38,376 nt of DNA from NCBI GenBank assembly GCA_965234725.1, contig CBDDUX010000054.1, positions 1-38,376 on the forward strand, given 5' to 3'. Shown in pieces: positions 29,213 to 38,376 of the stretch; positions within the stretch are counted from its first letter, which is position 1; each line of letters opens with the position of its first letter. The DNA comes from Thermoplasmatota archaeon. GTDB taxonomy: Archaea > Thermoplasmatota > Penumbrarchaeia > Penumbrarchaeales > Penumbrarchaeaceae. The notes beneath the pieces were generated by a model. The model was not told the DNA's origin, searched no databases, and saw only the letters and a program-made list of their open reading frames with translations. A program made the translations under genes and the position numbers.

Positions 29213-30724
29213 TTGGAAGCAAATTGCAAGCGTGTGGATATTTCCACTGGAGGACATAGGGTAGTATATGTTCCCAGAAAGATCTCCGGAGAGCTGGACC
29301 TTCATCTCATGGACAGGGTCGAGGTTGTAAATGCAGCAGATCCCTCCATTACATCCATGGCATCCGTGCAGTTCTGGTCGGATCCCGGGAACCGGATAGG
29401 CCTATGCACCGAGCTTGCGGATGAGCTTCGCATCAGTGATGACGGTTTTCTTCTGTTCGTAGCCGTGGACAAACCTCTTTCCGTATCCCACATTGTTGAA
29501 CGGATGAACGGAAGCGAACTTACTGGTGATCAAATAGAAGTGGTAGTGGGCGATATCGCCTCGGACTCACTATCTCAGGTTGAGCTATCATGTTTCGTCA
29601 CATCCGCCACAATGCGAGACCTTTCCATGTCAGAGCTTTATGATCTGACAAGGTTCCTAGCGGAGTCCGGAGACACGTTTGACTGGGATGACCCCCTTGT
29701 TGCTGACAAACATTGTACAGGAGGCGTTCCAGGGAACAGGACATCTCCGATTGTCGTTCCGATCATAGCCTCTCTGGGAGTGAAGATACCCAAGGCGTCT
29801 TCCAGGGCCATAACCTCTCCCGCAGGAACGGCGGATGTCATGGAATCCGTATGCAATGTGGTATTCGAAAAGGAGAGGATAAAGGAGATAGTTGATAAGA
29901 CCGGAGGGTGCTTGATTTGGGGGGGAGGTCTAAATGTCGCTCCGGCGGATTCAAGATTGATAGGTGTCAGGAAGATGATAAGTTCCAATCCCGAGGGACT
30001 ACTGATATCTTCCATACTATCAAAGAAGTACGCCATGGGTTCGAAATATCTGCTTGTGGACATGCCAGTTGGCTTGGAGACCAGGTACCATTCCCTTGGA
30101 GAGGTCCGTCATATGGCCCAGAAGGTGAAGAAGATAGCTTCAATGTTGGGTATGAGAGCACAAGTGGAGATCACCTTCGGTGACGAGCCCATAGGGAACG
30201 GGATAGGTCCGAATCTGGAAACAAGGGATGTATTGCAGGTCCTCATGAACAGATCGGATGCTCCGATCGATCTCAAAGAGAAGGGGATCAGGATAGCCGG
30301 AAAGTTGATTGATCTCTTCGGACCGGATAGGTTCGGTCCCGACCATAAAGCGGGAGATGGTTTGGAGATTGCCAGGGAATGTCTTGATTCGGGAAAGGCA
30401 TTTTCCAAATTTCAGGAGATTGTTGAGGCTCAGGGAGGAGAAAAACCGCTGGATCCGGACAGGTTCAAGGGATCCTCCCATACGATTGAAGTGCGGGCCA
30501 CGAAGAATGGTCAGTTGGTTGATTACGATAACAGAGTAATTGCGAAGGTTGCAAGGCTGGCAGGAGCTCCCTCAAACAAGGAAGCGGGTCTGGACCTCTG
30601 CAGGAAATCAGGTGACATGGTCAGGTCCGGGGAACTGATCATGATGATACATGCCGGATCAGAATCCAGGAAGAAGTTGGTCAATAACCATCTGGAACAG
30701 AACAGGATCTATACGGTTGAATGA
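29213..30724 (+). CDS. AMP phosphorylase (archaeal-type thymidine phosphorylase family)
   Basis: TTG start after GGGTGA. Motifs DKHCTGGVPGNRTS, IPKASSRAITSPAGTAD, SILSKK and PIGNGIGPNLE, plus the N-terminal extension domain (DRVEV) typical of ~500 aa AMP phosphorylases. Confidence 0.88.
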   Translation: MEANCKRVDISTGGHRVVYVPRKISGELDLHLMDRVEVVNAADPSITSMASVQFWSDPGNRIGLCTELADELRISDDGFLLFVAVDKPLSVSHIVERMNGSELTGDQIEVVVGDIASDSLSQVELSCFVTSATMRDLSMSELYDLTRFLAESGDTFDWDDPLVADKHCTGGVPGNRTSPIVVPIIASLGVKIPKASSRAITSPAGTADVMESVCNVVFEKERIKEIVDKTGGCLIWGGGLNVAPADSRLIGVRKMISSNPEGLLISSILSKKYAMGSKYLLVDMPVGLETRYHSLGEVRHMAQKVKKIASMLGMRAQVEITFGDEPIGNGIGPNLETRDVLQVLMNRSDAPIDLKEKGIRIAGKLIDLFGPDRFGPDHKAGDGLEIARECLDSGKAFSKFQEIVEAQGGEKPLDPDRFKGSSHTIEVRATKNGQLVDYDNRVIAKVARLAGAPSNKEAGLDLCRKSGDMVRSGELIMMIHAGSESRKKLVNNHLEQNRIYTVE

Positions 30725-30854
30725 TGAAAGATGAATATTAGATCTGAAATAGATTTTCGATCATCAGAAAGTTTGAGATTGAATATGTCCTATCTTCACT
30801 TCAGGAGAATTACTCGATGAGGACAAAAAGGGTCCTGATATCATTCAAGTTTGT

Positions 30855-31382
30855 TCAAACAGGGACCCAGCCTATGGAGACCTTGTCCTTTCTGATTTGA
30901 TTCAAAGAGGCCATGTCCACGATCGGGAACGAGTAGTCCTCATGGTCCTTCAGGAGCTTCATGAATATACCATCCCTATCCTTCTTGGTGAAAGTCTGCT
31001 CTATGGTAAGACATCTGTTAGGATTGTTCTTGGTGGAGGGTTCGCTGTAAACAAGAAGGATGGCATCCTTGCCAGCCACTCCTACCCTGTATGTCTTGAT
31101 CATATTCCGATAAGGGATCCTTCCCTTCGACCAACCTTTTCTGAACCTTATCTCACCATCGCTGATATTGATCCTGTGGCCCTTGAGAACTAGACCTGAA
31201 AGAGAGAGGGAAACAAGGATCACTATCATGTCGAATATCAGGACGAAACCCCACCACTCCACCAGCATGAAAAGTGCAAGGGATATTGATATCGCAACTA
31301 GGGGAAGGACAATGACCAATGTCCAGATCAAAAGCCTTTTGGCTATGTTATAGTTGGAGATCGACCCCTGATAGGACACCAT
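30855..31382 (-). CDS. Membrane protein with two N-terminal TM helices and a possible PH-like soluble domain
   Basis: 175 aa; two hydrophobic segments, then HRINISDGEIRFRKGWSKGRIPYRNM, which resembles bacterial PH-like domains. Confidence 0.65.
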   Translation of the reverse strand: MVSYQGSISNYNIAKRLLIWTLVIVLPLVAISISLALFMLVEWWGFVLIFDMIVILVSLSLSGLVLKGHRINISDGEIRFRKGWSKGRIPYRNMIKTYRVGVAGKDAILLVYSEPSTKNNPNRCLTIEQTFTKKDRDGIFMKLLKDHEDYSFPIVDMASLNQIRKDKVSIGWVPV

Positions 31383-31434
31383 TGAAGATAGTCAATCCTG
31401 AATAGGTATTTATTTTTCACGTAAGATGATCTTC

Positions 31435-31860
31435 TCAAAGGTCTCCTTTGACCCTGTGCATCAATATCTCTGAAAAGACACTGTCCTTGATCATGGAAGG
31501 GGGATCGCATTCGATATCAAGGTCTGTCAGTACATCCAGTTCTCTGGCCTTCCTCTCTCCGTCATCTGTGGAGATCTCGAAGACCATCTTGCCGTTTTGA
31601 AAGTGGACATCTATCTTGCTTATTGATGACTTGTACAATTTTATCCTTCTTCCCTTTTCAGATACCTGGGTGCCTTCCTCGAAAACCAGACCCCTCGCCC
31701 TGAGGTCCTCTATCCTTCGATAGCAAGCAGTGATGGGTATGTCAAAATCCTCACTGAGTTGTGTGATGGACCTGGGTTTATCATTTGTAGCATATAGTAT
31801 CTTGAGCATATACTCATCGCTCAGGAGCTCAATAAGGTACTGACTAGTGTTCATCTGCAT
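31435..31860 (-). CDS. Winged helix-turn-helix (ArsR-like, archaeal type) transcriptional regulator
   Basis: LLSDEYMLKILYATNDKPRSITQLSEDFDIPITACYRRIEDLRARGLV...GRRIKLYKS. ATG 31860 (GAGGA upstream) is preferred to 31896, which lies very close to a TTTATAA box. Confidence 0.85.
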   Translation of the reverse strand: MQMNTSQYLIELLSDEYMLKILYATNDKPRSITQLSEDFDIPITACYRRIEDLRARGLVFEEGTQVSEKGRRIKLYKSSISKIDVHFQNGKMVFEISTDDGERKARELDVLTDLDIECDPPSMIKDSVFSEILMHRVKGDL

Positions 31861-32010
31861 TCCTCTTATCAGTATCCCCTTTTCTATGTCAAGCATGGAC
31901 TTTTTACTATTATAAATCTCTTGTTAATCATTGATTATCTTTGCATAAACCCTTATAAAATCGACATTCTTCTTCAATAGAGGAGGATAATGAAAGATGA
32001 TTTTTCAATT

Positions 32011-32667
32011 CTACCGGAAGAATCCTTTTTCTATATCTGTAATTGAAGGGTCCCTATCCTTTTTAGGATCTATGAAAAGAAGAAATGAGATGAAGGCAGG
32101 AATGGTCGATGAAAGGAGTAGATAAAGTGAATCTCCCGGTCTCCCGGAGTCCTCCAATGAGGACCTTTCATCAGCTTCAAGTTCGATTCCGGCAGGATCG
32201 ACATCATTTTCTAATTGATCTGAGACAGCATCATCAATGGAAATAATGTAGAAAACTCCTGAAAGGAGCACCCCCAGGAAGACGATCAAACACATCACCA
32301 TGGGTGTTCCTGTCCCTAACCGATCGGTAATTGTAGCCAGACCGAAAATTGTGGTTAGGGCAAGAAGCAGGATCAAAAGGCACATCGATGTTACGATATA
32401 ATCGCTGAGGTCTTCCAGGTCTCCGGTTGTCTTTCGTTCCATCTCTATGAAATTGTCACCAAGTATCCCTGACCAAACCTCAAGGTATCTGAATTCATAG
32501 AGACCATAATCCAGTTTATATTCCCTCCAGATGGATCCCTCTTCCTTCGTACCCTCAAGGTATTCCACGGAATACCAATCGTCTAGTACAAAGGACACGA
32601 TGAGAAGACCTATGGAAAGTATGGGGAGAAGTGACCCCGCGATCCTCCTAGCTGTTCTGAGTACCAG
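32011..32667 (-). CDS. Four-TM membrane protein with claudin/PMP22-like topology
   Basis: The frame extends upstream of track start 32598 to a CTG at 32667 (stop at 32668-32670 just before it; GGGAGTGGTG RBS-like), adding TM1 RRIAGSLLPILSIGLLIVSFVL. Three further hydrophobic helices follow. Confidence 0.65.
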   Translation of the reverse strand: MVLRTARRIAGSLLPILSIGLLIVSFVLDDWYSVEYLEGTKEEGSIWREYKLDYGLYEFRYLEVWSGILGDNFIEMERKTTGDLEDLSDYIVTSMCLLILLLALTTIFGLATITDRLGTGTPMVMCLIVFLGVLLSGVFYIISIDDAVSDQLENDVDPAGIELEADERSSLEDSGRPGDSLYLLLSSTIPAFISFLLFIDPKKDRDPSITDIEKGFFR

Positions 32668-32709
32668 TTACACCACTCCCATCATTTACAAAGAACATGC
32701 ATTCGATGT

Positions 32710-33162
32710 TCATGATCTCCAGGCTTCCTTCAATACCTCTTCGATCTTTTGATACAGGGGAGGATCATCATCATAGGTCAGCAATTCCCTGGCCTCATCG
32801 AAGGCCCTTATTGAAATATCCTTGTAATCCTCATCCCCCGTCAACTTCCAGAGTTCCAGATAGGCCAGTCCGAGCTCGAAGTGTGCCCGGGATGATCCGT
32901 GGGGGTCCCTTTCTTTGTTTAAGATGTTCATGGATTCCGTTAGGATCGAGATCGCCGATCTGAGCTTCTTCTCGGGATCATCAGAGATCAGAGATAGGTT
33001 GCGAAGGACCCTTCCCTTTTCATACATGGTCTTGGCATAAAGGTTCTCATATCTTCTACTGTCCTTGTCGTTCAATTCATTGTCAATGACCCTGAGGGTC
33101 TTCTCGAGGCCTTGTTTAACCTCCGAGATATCCCGGACCATCATTTTAATCCACACCTTCAT
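32710..33162 (-). CDS. TPR-like alpha-helical repeat protein
   Basis: YAKTMYEKGRVLRNLS...AISILTESM and SRAHFELGLAYLEL...SIRAFDEARELL fit a TPR-like pattern. The start codon is uncertain. Confidence 0.7.
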   Translation of the reverse strand: MKVWIKMMVRDISEVKQGLEKTLRVIDNELNDKDSRRYENLYAKTMYEKGRVLRNLSLISDDPEKKLRSAISILTESMNILNKERDPHGSSRAHFELGLAYLELWKLTGDEDYKDISIRAFDEARELLTYDDDPPLYQKIEEVLKEAWRS

Positions 33163-33267
33163 TGGTCTATATCGGTAATAATGGTAACTGATGTTCTTGC
33201 ACCGGAAAATGTATTAGTATCCAATAGAAATATTATTGATGTCCTTATTGAAAACGGGGAGGGAAAA

Positions 33268-34596
33268 ATGGGTTCCTTCATTAAGACATCCATTGAAAGA
33301 AGGAAGATCAAAAAAGTAATGAGGCTGCTTGAAGAAAAAAAAGCATTGGACCTTCTAAATATGCTTAAAGACAGCAATCCAAGAGTGGTCACTGAATCCC
33401 TGAAGGCACTTGGCAATATCGCTCATGAGGGGAATATCGGAAGGATCACATTGAATAACGGGATCGAGAGAATAGGACAGTGCCTGAAACATTCTGATAA
33501 GTACGTCAGATTATATGCGGTCAGGTCCCTTTGCTGGATAACTGAAGATGATTCCCCATCGGAATTGATCTCTACTGGTGTGATCCCCAGCATCGTACCC
33601 CTTCTTTCGGATGAAGAGACGGATACCAGGAGGTATGCACTTTCGATATTCGATAAATTGGTGGAGAACAATCAAGTATCTGTCGTAGCAAATGTGGGAG
33701 GTATTGGCCCGATCGGGAAACTGGTGGTCACACCAGATGAGTTCACATCCATTCTATCCATGAAATTATTGGGAAGGATCGGCAGGAAAGGATACGGTTC
33801 GCAGATAGTCAGGTCAGGTTCGGCAAGGCTTCTTCTCCTTGCTTCCGATATGGTTGATGGTAATATCAAGAAAACTGCGCTTGAATCCCTTGGTATAATA
33901 GGAGATTCCATGGGATACAATGATCTGGATTCCTTCAAGAAACATATAACTGAAGCAGAGAACATCGCGGGGAGATCCGTGCAGATAGATACGATAGCGG
34001 GAAGGAGCATGGATGCATTCTTCTCAGGCGGAGCAACAGGTGTCTCGACGATCGATGAGATTGTCCATCATGGCGTCCCTGAACCTGGTAGCCCACCAGA
34101 TAGATGGAAGAGTCGTGTGGTGGACGGATTTCCTCCGGATGGATCCGAATTCGAGGTCAATGAGATAGATGTCAGGATCGATGAGGAGTTCGATCTGGAC
34201 CTCGATATCATGGAAGAGGTGGAGAGGAAATTCCCATTTTCTTTGCTTATGGCTCGGTTGAGAGAGGTTAAAAGACTTACCGATGATGGAGTGATCGATC
34301 TCTTTGATTATTACAATCTCAAGACCAGGGTAATGGAGGATGTGGAACTCTCCATCAAGCTTGATTGTATCAATTGCTATGATATTCTTGGAGTAGACCA
34401 GTCCGCAGGACCAGAGGAGATCAAAAGAGCCTATAGGAAGCTCGCATCCCAGTATCATCCGGACAAGGTCGAGAACCTGGGTCATAAACTGAGGAAGATG
34501 GCTATGGAGGAGATGACCAAGCTCAACCATGCAAAGGAGACCCTTCTTGACCCTGTGAGGAGGTCAGCTCATGATACCTTGATCAGCAGGACCTAA
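33268..34596 (+). CDS. ARM/HEAT-repeat protein with a SHOCT-like segment and a C-terminal DnaJ (J) domain
   Basis: ATG 33268 follows GGGGAGG, whereas track start 33112 overlaps the divergent gene. ARM-like repeats (LKDSNPRVVTESLKALGNIA; GVIPSIVPLLSD). J domain YDILGV...EIKRAYRKLASQYHPDK (HPD at 34456-34464). Confidence 0.88.
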   Translation: MGSFIKTSIERRKIKKVMRLLEEKKALDLLNMLKDSNPRVVTESLKALGNIAHEGNIGRITLNNGIERIGQCLKHSDKYVRLYAVRSLCWITEDDSPSELISTGVIPSIVPLLSDEETDTRRYALSIFDKLVENNQVSVVANVGGIGPIGKLVVTPDEFTSILSMKLLGRIGRKGYGSQIVRSGSARLLLLASDMVDGNIKKTALESLGIIGDSMGYNDLDSFKKHITEAENIAGRSVQIDTIAGRSMDAFFSGGATGVSTIDEIVHHGVPEPGSPPDRWKSRVVDGFPPDGSEFEVNEIDVRIDEEFDLDLDIMEEVERKFPFSLLMARLREVKRLTDDGVIDLFDYYNLKTRVMEDVELSIKLDCINCYDILGVDQSAGPEEIKRAYRKLASQYHPDKVENLGHKLRKMAMEEMTKLNHAKETLLDPVRRSAHDTLISRT

Positions 34597-34664
34597 GAAC
34601 CGAGAGATCATTGTTTTTAGGGGATAACACATTTAAACACCTATCGTATCGATATTTAGGTGAA

Positions 34665-34868
34665 ATGATGGAGAAAATGAACGTATATCAATGTGAGGAT
34701 TGTAAAAGATACGAGACAGAGCCCTTGAAGGATGGAGAGTACCCTACCTGCTGCGGAAAGAAAATGAAGGAGGTCCCGCTAATGGAATGTGTCAAAGATC
34801 CAGCTTTCGCCGAGCATGCAAGGTTCGATGATGACGATACTCCCTGCGATCCCGGAGTATCTGGATAA
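34665..34868 (+). CDS. Small desulforedoxin-like metal-binding protein
   Basis: TTTAAA box at ~34632, AGGTGA RBS, ATG at 34665 or 34668. Motif C-x2-C-x15-CCG-x2-M, plus an acidic tail containing Cys, His and Cys. Confidence 0.75.
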   Translation: MMEKMNVYQCEDCKRYETEPLKDGEYPTCCGKKMKEVPLMECVKDPAFAEHARFDDDDTPCDPGVSG

Positions 34869-34950
34869 TAGTGAAAGAAATAATTGGTAGGACCTTTCCT
34901 TGTGAAATCTTTATTAAGGGTCCAGTGGTTCCTCGTTCGAGGGACCTGAT

Positions 34951-37900
34951 ATGAGGAAGAGAGCCCTGTTGTTGATATCTATCCTAATTATCAGCCAATC
35001 ATTTTTTTTATTTGAGAGTGGGACAGGCCAGAATGAATATTCATCTGGATACAACCATCCGATGGGTGATCCGTATGACCTCCAGTCTGAGATAGATTCC
35101 ACTCCCGAAGGTGGAACTCTTCACCTCCCTGAAGGCGAGATAAGAGGGAATTTCTATATCAATCGGTCCCTGAACCTGATCGGCCAGGGAAACGATACAA
35201 CCATTCTGACCTCAAGTTATAATCTGATCCAGATATACTCATCGGATGTCAATATCTCCCATGTCGGTTTTAGATCAAGGGGTACCTGTATCTATATGAG
35301 AGGGGACTATCATAATATTACAATTACAAGCTGCAGTTTCAGTAACTCTTACAGAGGTTTTGCAGTCTACAATACTTTCACCCTTTCCCAAAGGATCATC
35401 GTCACGAATAGTACCTTTTCCAATATGATAAACAGCGGAGTATACCTGCAAGGGGTCAAAGAATGCAGGATCTATCACAACAAATTCGAGCATGTCGGAG
35501 ATGGGATCTATGCAAATGAGATGGAGGACTCGGATATTTCATTGAACATCTTCAGGTATGGTGATACCGGAACCAATGTTAGGAACAGTGAAAATGTCAA
35601 TATCACATATAATATGATAATGGAATTCCAAATGGGGATCACCATCAGTTACTCCAAGTATGTCAACACATCCCAAAACAAGATCAATGACACGATGATC
35701 GGAATTGAACTGGACAGGAGTGACTTTATCGATGCGGGGAGAAATATTTGTAAGGACCTGGAAAAGGGGATATACCTTTTCTATTCGGATGAAAACAGGA
35801 TCCACAACAACACCATTGAAAGGAGTACCGGAAATGGCATTGAAGTTTATTTCAGCCGGTATAATTCCATTGAGAACTGTTCCGTTTCAGATTGTGCAAC
35901 TAACTTTGAAGGACTGGTGATTGCAGGTATATACGTCGGTTATGTCTCATACTATAACACGGTGAAAGATAATGATATGGCAGGTTGCGGAATGTCCATA
36001 TATCCCTTCTTATCCACATGGGAAGGACAGGAAGTTTTCAATAACACTGTAAATGGCAGGGACCTTGTATTCGTTAAATATGAAAGCGATATCCTCATCG
36101 ACGAGAATGCTGGTCAGGTCCTCATCTACAAATGCAGGAATGTTACGATATCCGGACAGGACCTTTCCAATGCCACATTCGGTCTTCTTGCAGTGGATTG
36201 TGATGACATTCATTTAGATGAGTGCCGACTGGATGACAATCATTACGGGATCGATTTTTTAAGTGACGAGAATTACGACATGGTCTCCGATATATCCATC
36301 ATCAATTGTTCTATTGAAAGGACATTCTTCTCGATATTGATCGAGTCTGATTACTGGATAAAGGATGTGATAATAGCATCCAATATTCTTTCGGAGGGAA
36401 GGACCGCCATCAATATGAATGCTTATTATTCCAGTTCATCGAGTTCCACTGGGATCGAGATATCCAATAACACCATATCGGGATTCGAATACTACGGGAT
36501 CTTACTTACTGCGCTAAGAGAAGTCGATATTGTGAGAAACCGTTTCGACAATTGCAACAATTCCTTGAATGTATTCGGCAACTACTACGATGACAATTAC
36601 TGGAATGATATATCCCACAATACCGTAGAAAGAGGAGAGAAGGGTTTCAATCTTACCAGTATAAACGACCTGACTCTAATGGATAATCTAATCAGGAACA
36701 CCACGGAATTCGGAATATCATTCTCGGCAGTGAAAGACGCAGAGGTTACCGGTAACAGGATCGAACCCTCTGGGGGATCGGGGATCATCTATTCCGGCTA
36801 CTTATCCGATAATCAGGTCGTAAAGGAGAATATCATCCATGATGCGGAGACGTACGGAATACTGATGAAGGGTGCATCTACCGTCGAATTTAAAAACAAC
36901 GAGCTTGAAACCTGTGGATTCTTCATCGATCCCAACGGTGGTGGGAATTGGAACGATATCGATCTTGATGATTCCAACAAAGTCAATGGAAGACCGGTCT
37001 TTTTTGCCGCACATAAAACCTCGATATCAGTACCGGAGGACCCTGGCCAGATAATTGTCAAAGAATGCGACACCGTAAACCTGCAGGACCTCTCCATTGA
37101 GAATACAACTGTGGCAGTTGAGCTGGTCAATTGCGACAATTACAAGATAGATAATTGCTCATTCGATGACAACTATATCGGAATGCATATCCAGTCGAAC
37201 CAAGATGACTGGAGAGGAGGCAAGATCACAAGGTCGACTATAAGGAGGTGCAGGTATGATGGAATATCTGTGACCCGATCCGGGCTTCTAGTGGAGGACT
37301 GCACGATCCTGGACTGCGGCTATCCATACTATGAAAAAGGGAGGTCAGGCCTTTACTCAGTTCACGAGGACCTCTATCTGAGGGAAACAGATTTCATCAG
37401 ATGTGGATTATTCTTCGATCTCGAATCCGTTGAAGATATCGGAGATGACCTGGTCTCTGAGAATACAACGGTCAACGGAAGAGACCTCGTTGTCATTGTC
37501 AGCAAAGATGAAATTGAGATCGAACAAACGGCAGGCCAGATATACCTTATCGACTGCTTCGACGTAAAGATAATTGATCAGGATCTGTCAAGATCAACTA
37601 TCGGTATCTATTCCATATCCAGCTGGAAGATAAACATAGAAAATGTAACCACAAACCAATGTCTGTATGGGATCCATCTCATTTGCTATGAGAGCCAGCC
37701 GACAGGATTTGATATGGAGAATTCGACCTCCAACAACTGCAGATATGAAGGAGTGAAGATCAAAGCAAGCGATCCCTATTTCATAGACAACATCAGGTTC
37801 TTCGGGATCGAATGCTCTGGAAACGGTGGAAATGGATTAACCATAAACAGGGTAAGGAATGGCTTCTCCATGGAGAACTCTACCCTTTCGGGAAATGGGA

Positions 37901-38367
37901 AGACCGGGCTGGACCTGATTCAATTTCAAGGGTGGGAGTATGAGATCAGGATAGCAAACTGCACCATGGATAAAAATGAAATGAGCGGAGTGGTCTTGAC
38001 AGTCAATTCAAGAAATTTCATCTATGGGAACAGCCTGAGTAACAACGGAAGATACGGTATGAAGATCAGAGAATCCCATTATATAATGGAGATCTTGAAA
38101 AACAATATGAGCCAAAACGGGATGAGCGGATTTTTCATGGTTAACTCGTTCAACAATTTCGTTCTGGATAACAACACATTCTCTAAAAACGGCATGTTCG
38201 GTATCGATATGAGGGGATCATTACATAAGATCACATACAATGATATTATTGGAAACGGAGAGGACGGTGTCTGGATGCAATCATCCAGGACAGAGGTCAG
38301 ATGGAACAATATCTCAATGAATCAGTACTTCACCAGTTTTTACATAAGTGATTTGTACACTGGCTAA
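34951..38367 (+). CDS. Secreted right-handed parallel beta-helix (NosD/CASH-like) repeat protein
   Basis: 1138 aa, signal peptide MRKRALLLISILIISQSFF; LQSEIDSTPEGGTLHLPEG...INRSLNLIGQG beta-helix cap; many IxNNxI/GIxL repeats. The stop lies 9 nt before the window end. Confidence 0.85.
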   Translation: MRKRALLLISILIISQSFFLFESGTGQNEYSSGYNHPMGDPYDLQSEIDSTPEGGTLHLPEGEIRGNFYINRSLNLIGQGNDTTILTSSYNLIQIYSSDVNISHVGFRSRGTCIYMRGDYHNITITSCSFSNSYRGFAVYNTFTLSQRIIVTNSTFSNMINSGVYLQGVKECRIYHNKFEHVGDGIYANEMEDSDISLNIFRYGDTGTNVRNSENVNITYNMIMEFQMGITISYSKYVNTSQNKINDTMIGIELDRSDFIDAGRNICKDLEKGIYLFYSDENRIHNNTIERSTGNGIEVYFSRYNSIENCSVSDCATNFEGLVIAGIYVGYVSYYNTVKDNDMAGCGMSIYPFLSTWEGQEVFNNTVNGRDLVFVKYESDILIDENAGQVLIYKCRNVTISGQDLSNATFGLLAVDCDDIHLDECRLDDNHYGIDFLSDENYDMVSDISIINCSIERTFFSILIESDYWIKDVIIASNILSEGRTAINMNAYYSSSSSSTGIEISNNTISGFEYYGILLTALREVDIVRNRFDNCNNSLNVFGNYYDDNYWNDISHNTVERGEKGFNLTSINDLTLMDNLIRNTTEFGISFSAVKDAEVTGNRIEPSGGSGIIYSGYLSDNQVVKENIIHDAETYGILMKGASTVEFKNNELETCGFFIDPNGGGNWNDIDLDDSNKVNGRPVFFAAHKTSISVPEDPGQIIVKECDTVNLQDLSIENTTVAVELVNCDNYKIDNCSFDDNYIGMHIQSNQDDWRGGKITRSTIRRCRYDGISVTRSGLLVEDCTILDCGYPYYEKGRSGLYSVHEDLYLRETDFIRCGLFFDLESVEDIGDDLVSENTTVNGRDLVVIVSKDEIEIEQTAGQIYLIDCFDVKIIDQDLSRSTIGIYSISSWKINIENVTTNQCLYGIHLICYESQPTGFDMENSTSNNCRYEGVKIKASDPYFIDNIRFFGIECSGNGGNGLTINRVRNGFSMENSTLSGNGKTGLDLIQFQGWEYEIRIANCTMDKNEMSGVVLTVNSRNFIYGNSLSNNGRYGMKIRESHYIMEILKNNMSQNGMSGFFMVNSFNNFVLDNNTFSKNGMFGIDMRGSLHKITYNDIIGNGEDGVWMQSSRTEVRWNNISMNQYFTSFYISDLYTG

Positions 38368-38376
38368 TCGGTACCT

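Noticed and set aside
33112-33267. Track N-terminal extension of the J-domain protein
   Set aside because: It overlaps the divergent TPR-like gene. A strong RBS precedes ATG 33268.

Overview
Gene-dense window, most likely from an archaeon. A Thermoplasmatota-like host is inferred from iorAB, an archaeal-type AMP phosphorylase, an archaeal wHTH regulator, GGTGA/GGAGG ribosome-binding sites, TATA-like boxes and C-terminally anchored surface proteins; this was not tested. The left part (1-14.8 kb) is a run of large surface proteins (TSP3-like repeats, PKD, a transglutaminase/PNGase-like enzyme with Ig domains, a beta-helix with Ig domains, FG-GAP with PA14) interrupted by a cobalamin/2x[4Fe-4S] RdhA/QueG-family gene. 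The centre is an ~11.2 kb single-ORF type I fatty acid/polyketide synthase with the order ER-like(FabK)-KS-AT-KS-ACPx6-KR-DH-PPTase. Both KS domains keep a Cys-His-His triad, and all six ACPs carry Thr (GIDTVKQ) where the phosphopantetheine-accepting Ser normally sits. It is followed closely on the same strand by iorA, iorB and AMP phosphorylase. The right part holds small membrane and regulatory genes, an ARM-SHOCT-J-domain protein, a desulforedoxin-like mini-protein and a large beta-helix protein. No rRNA, tRNA, CRISPR array or mobile element was recognised. All domain calls come from reading motifs by eye, not from database searches.
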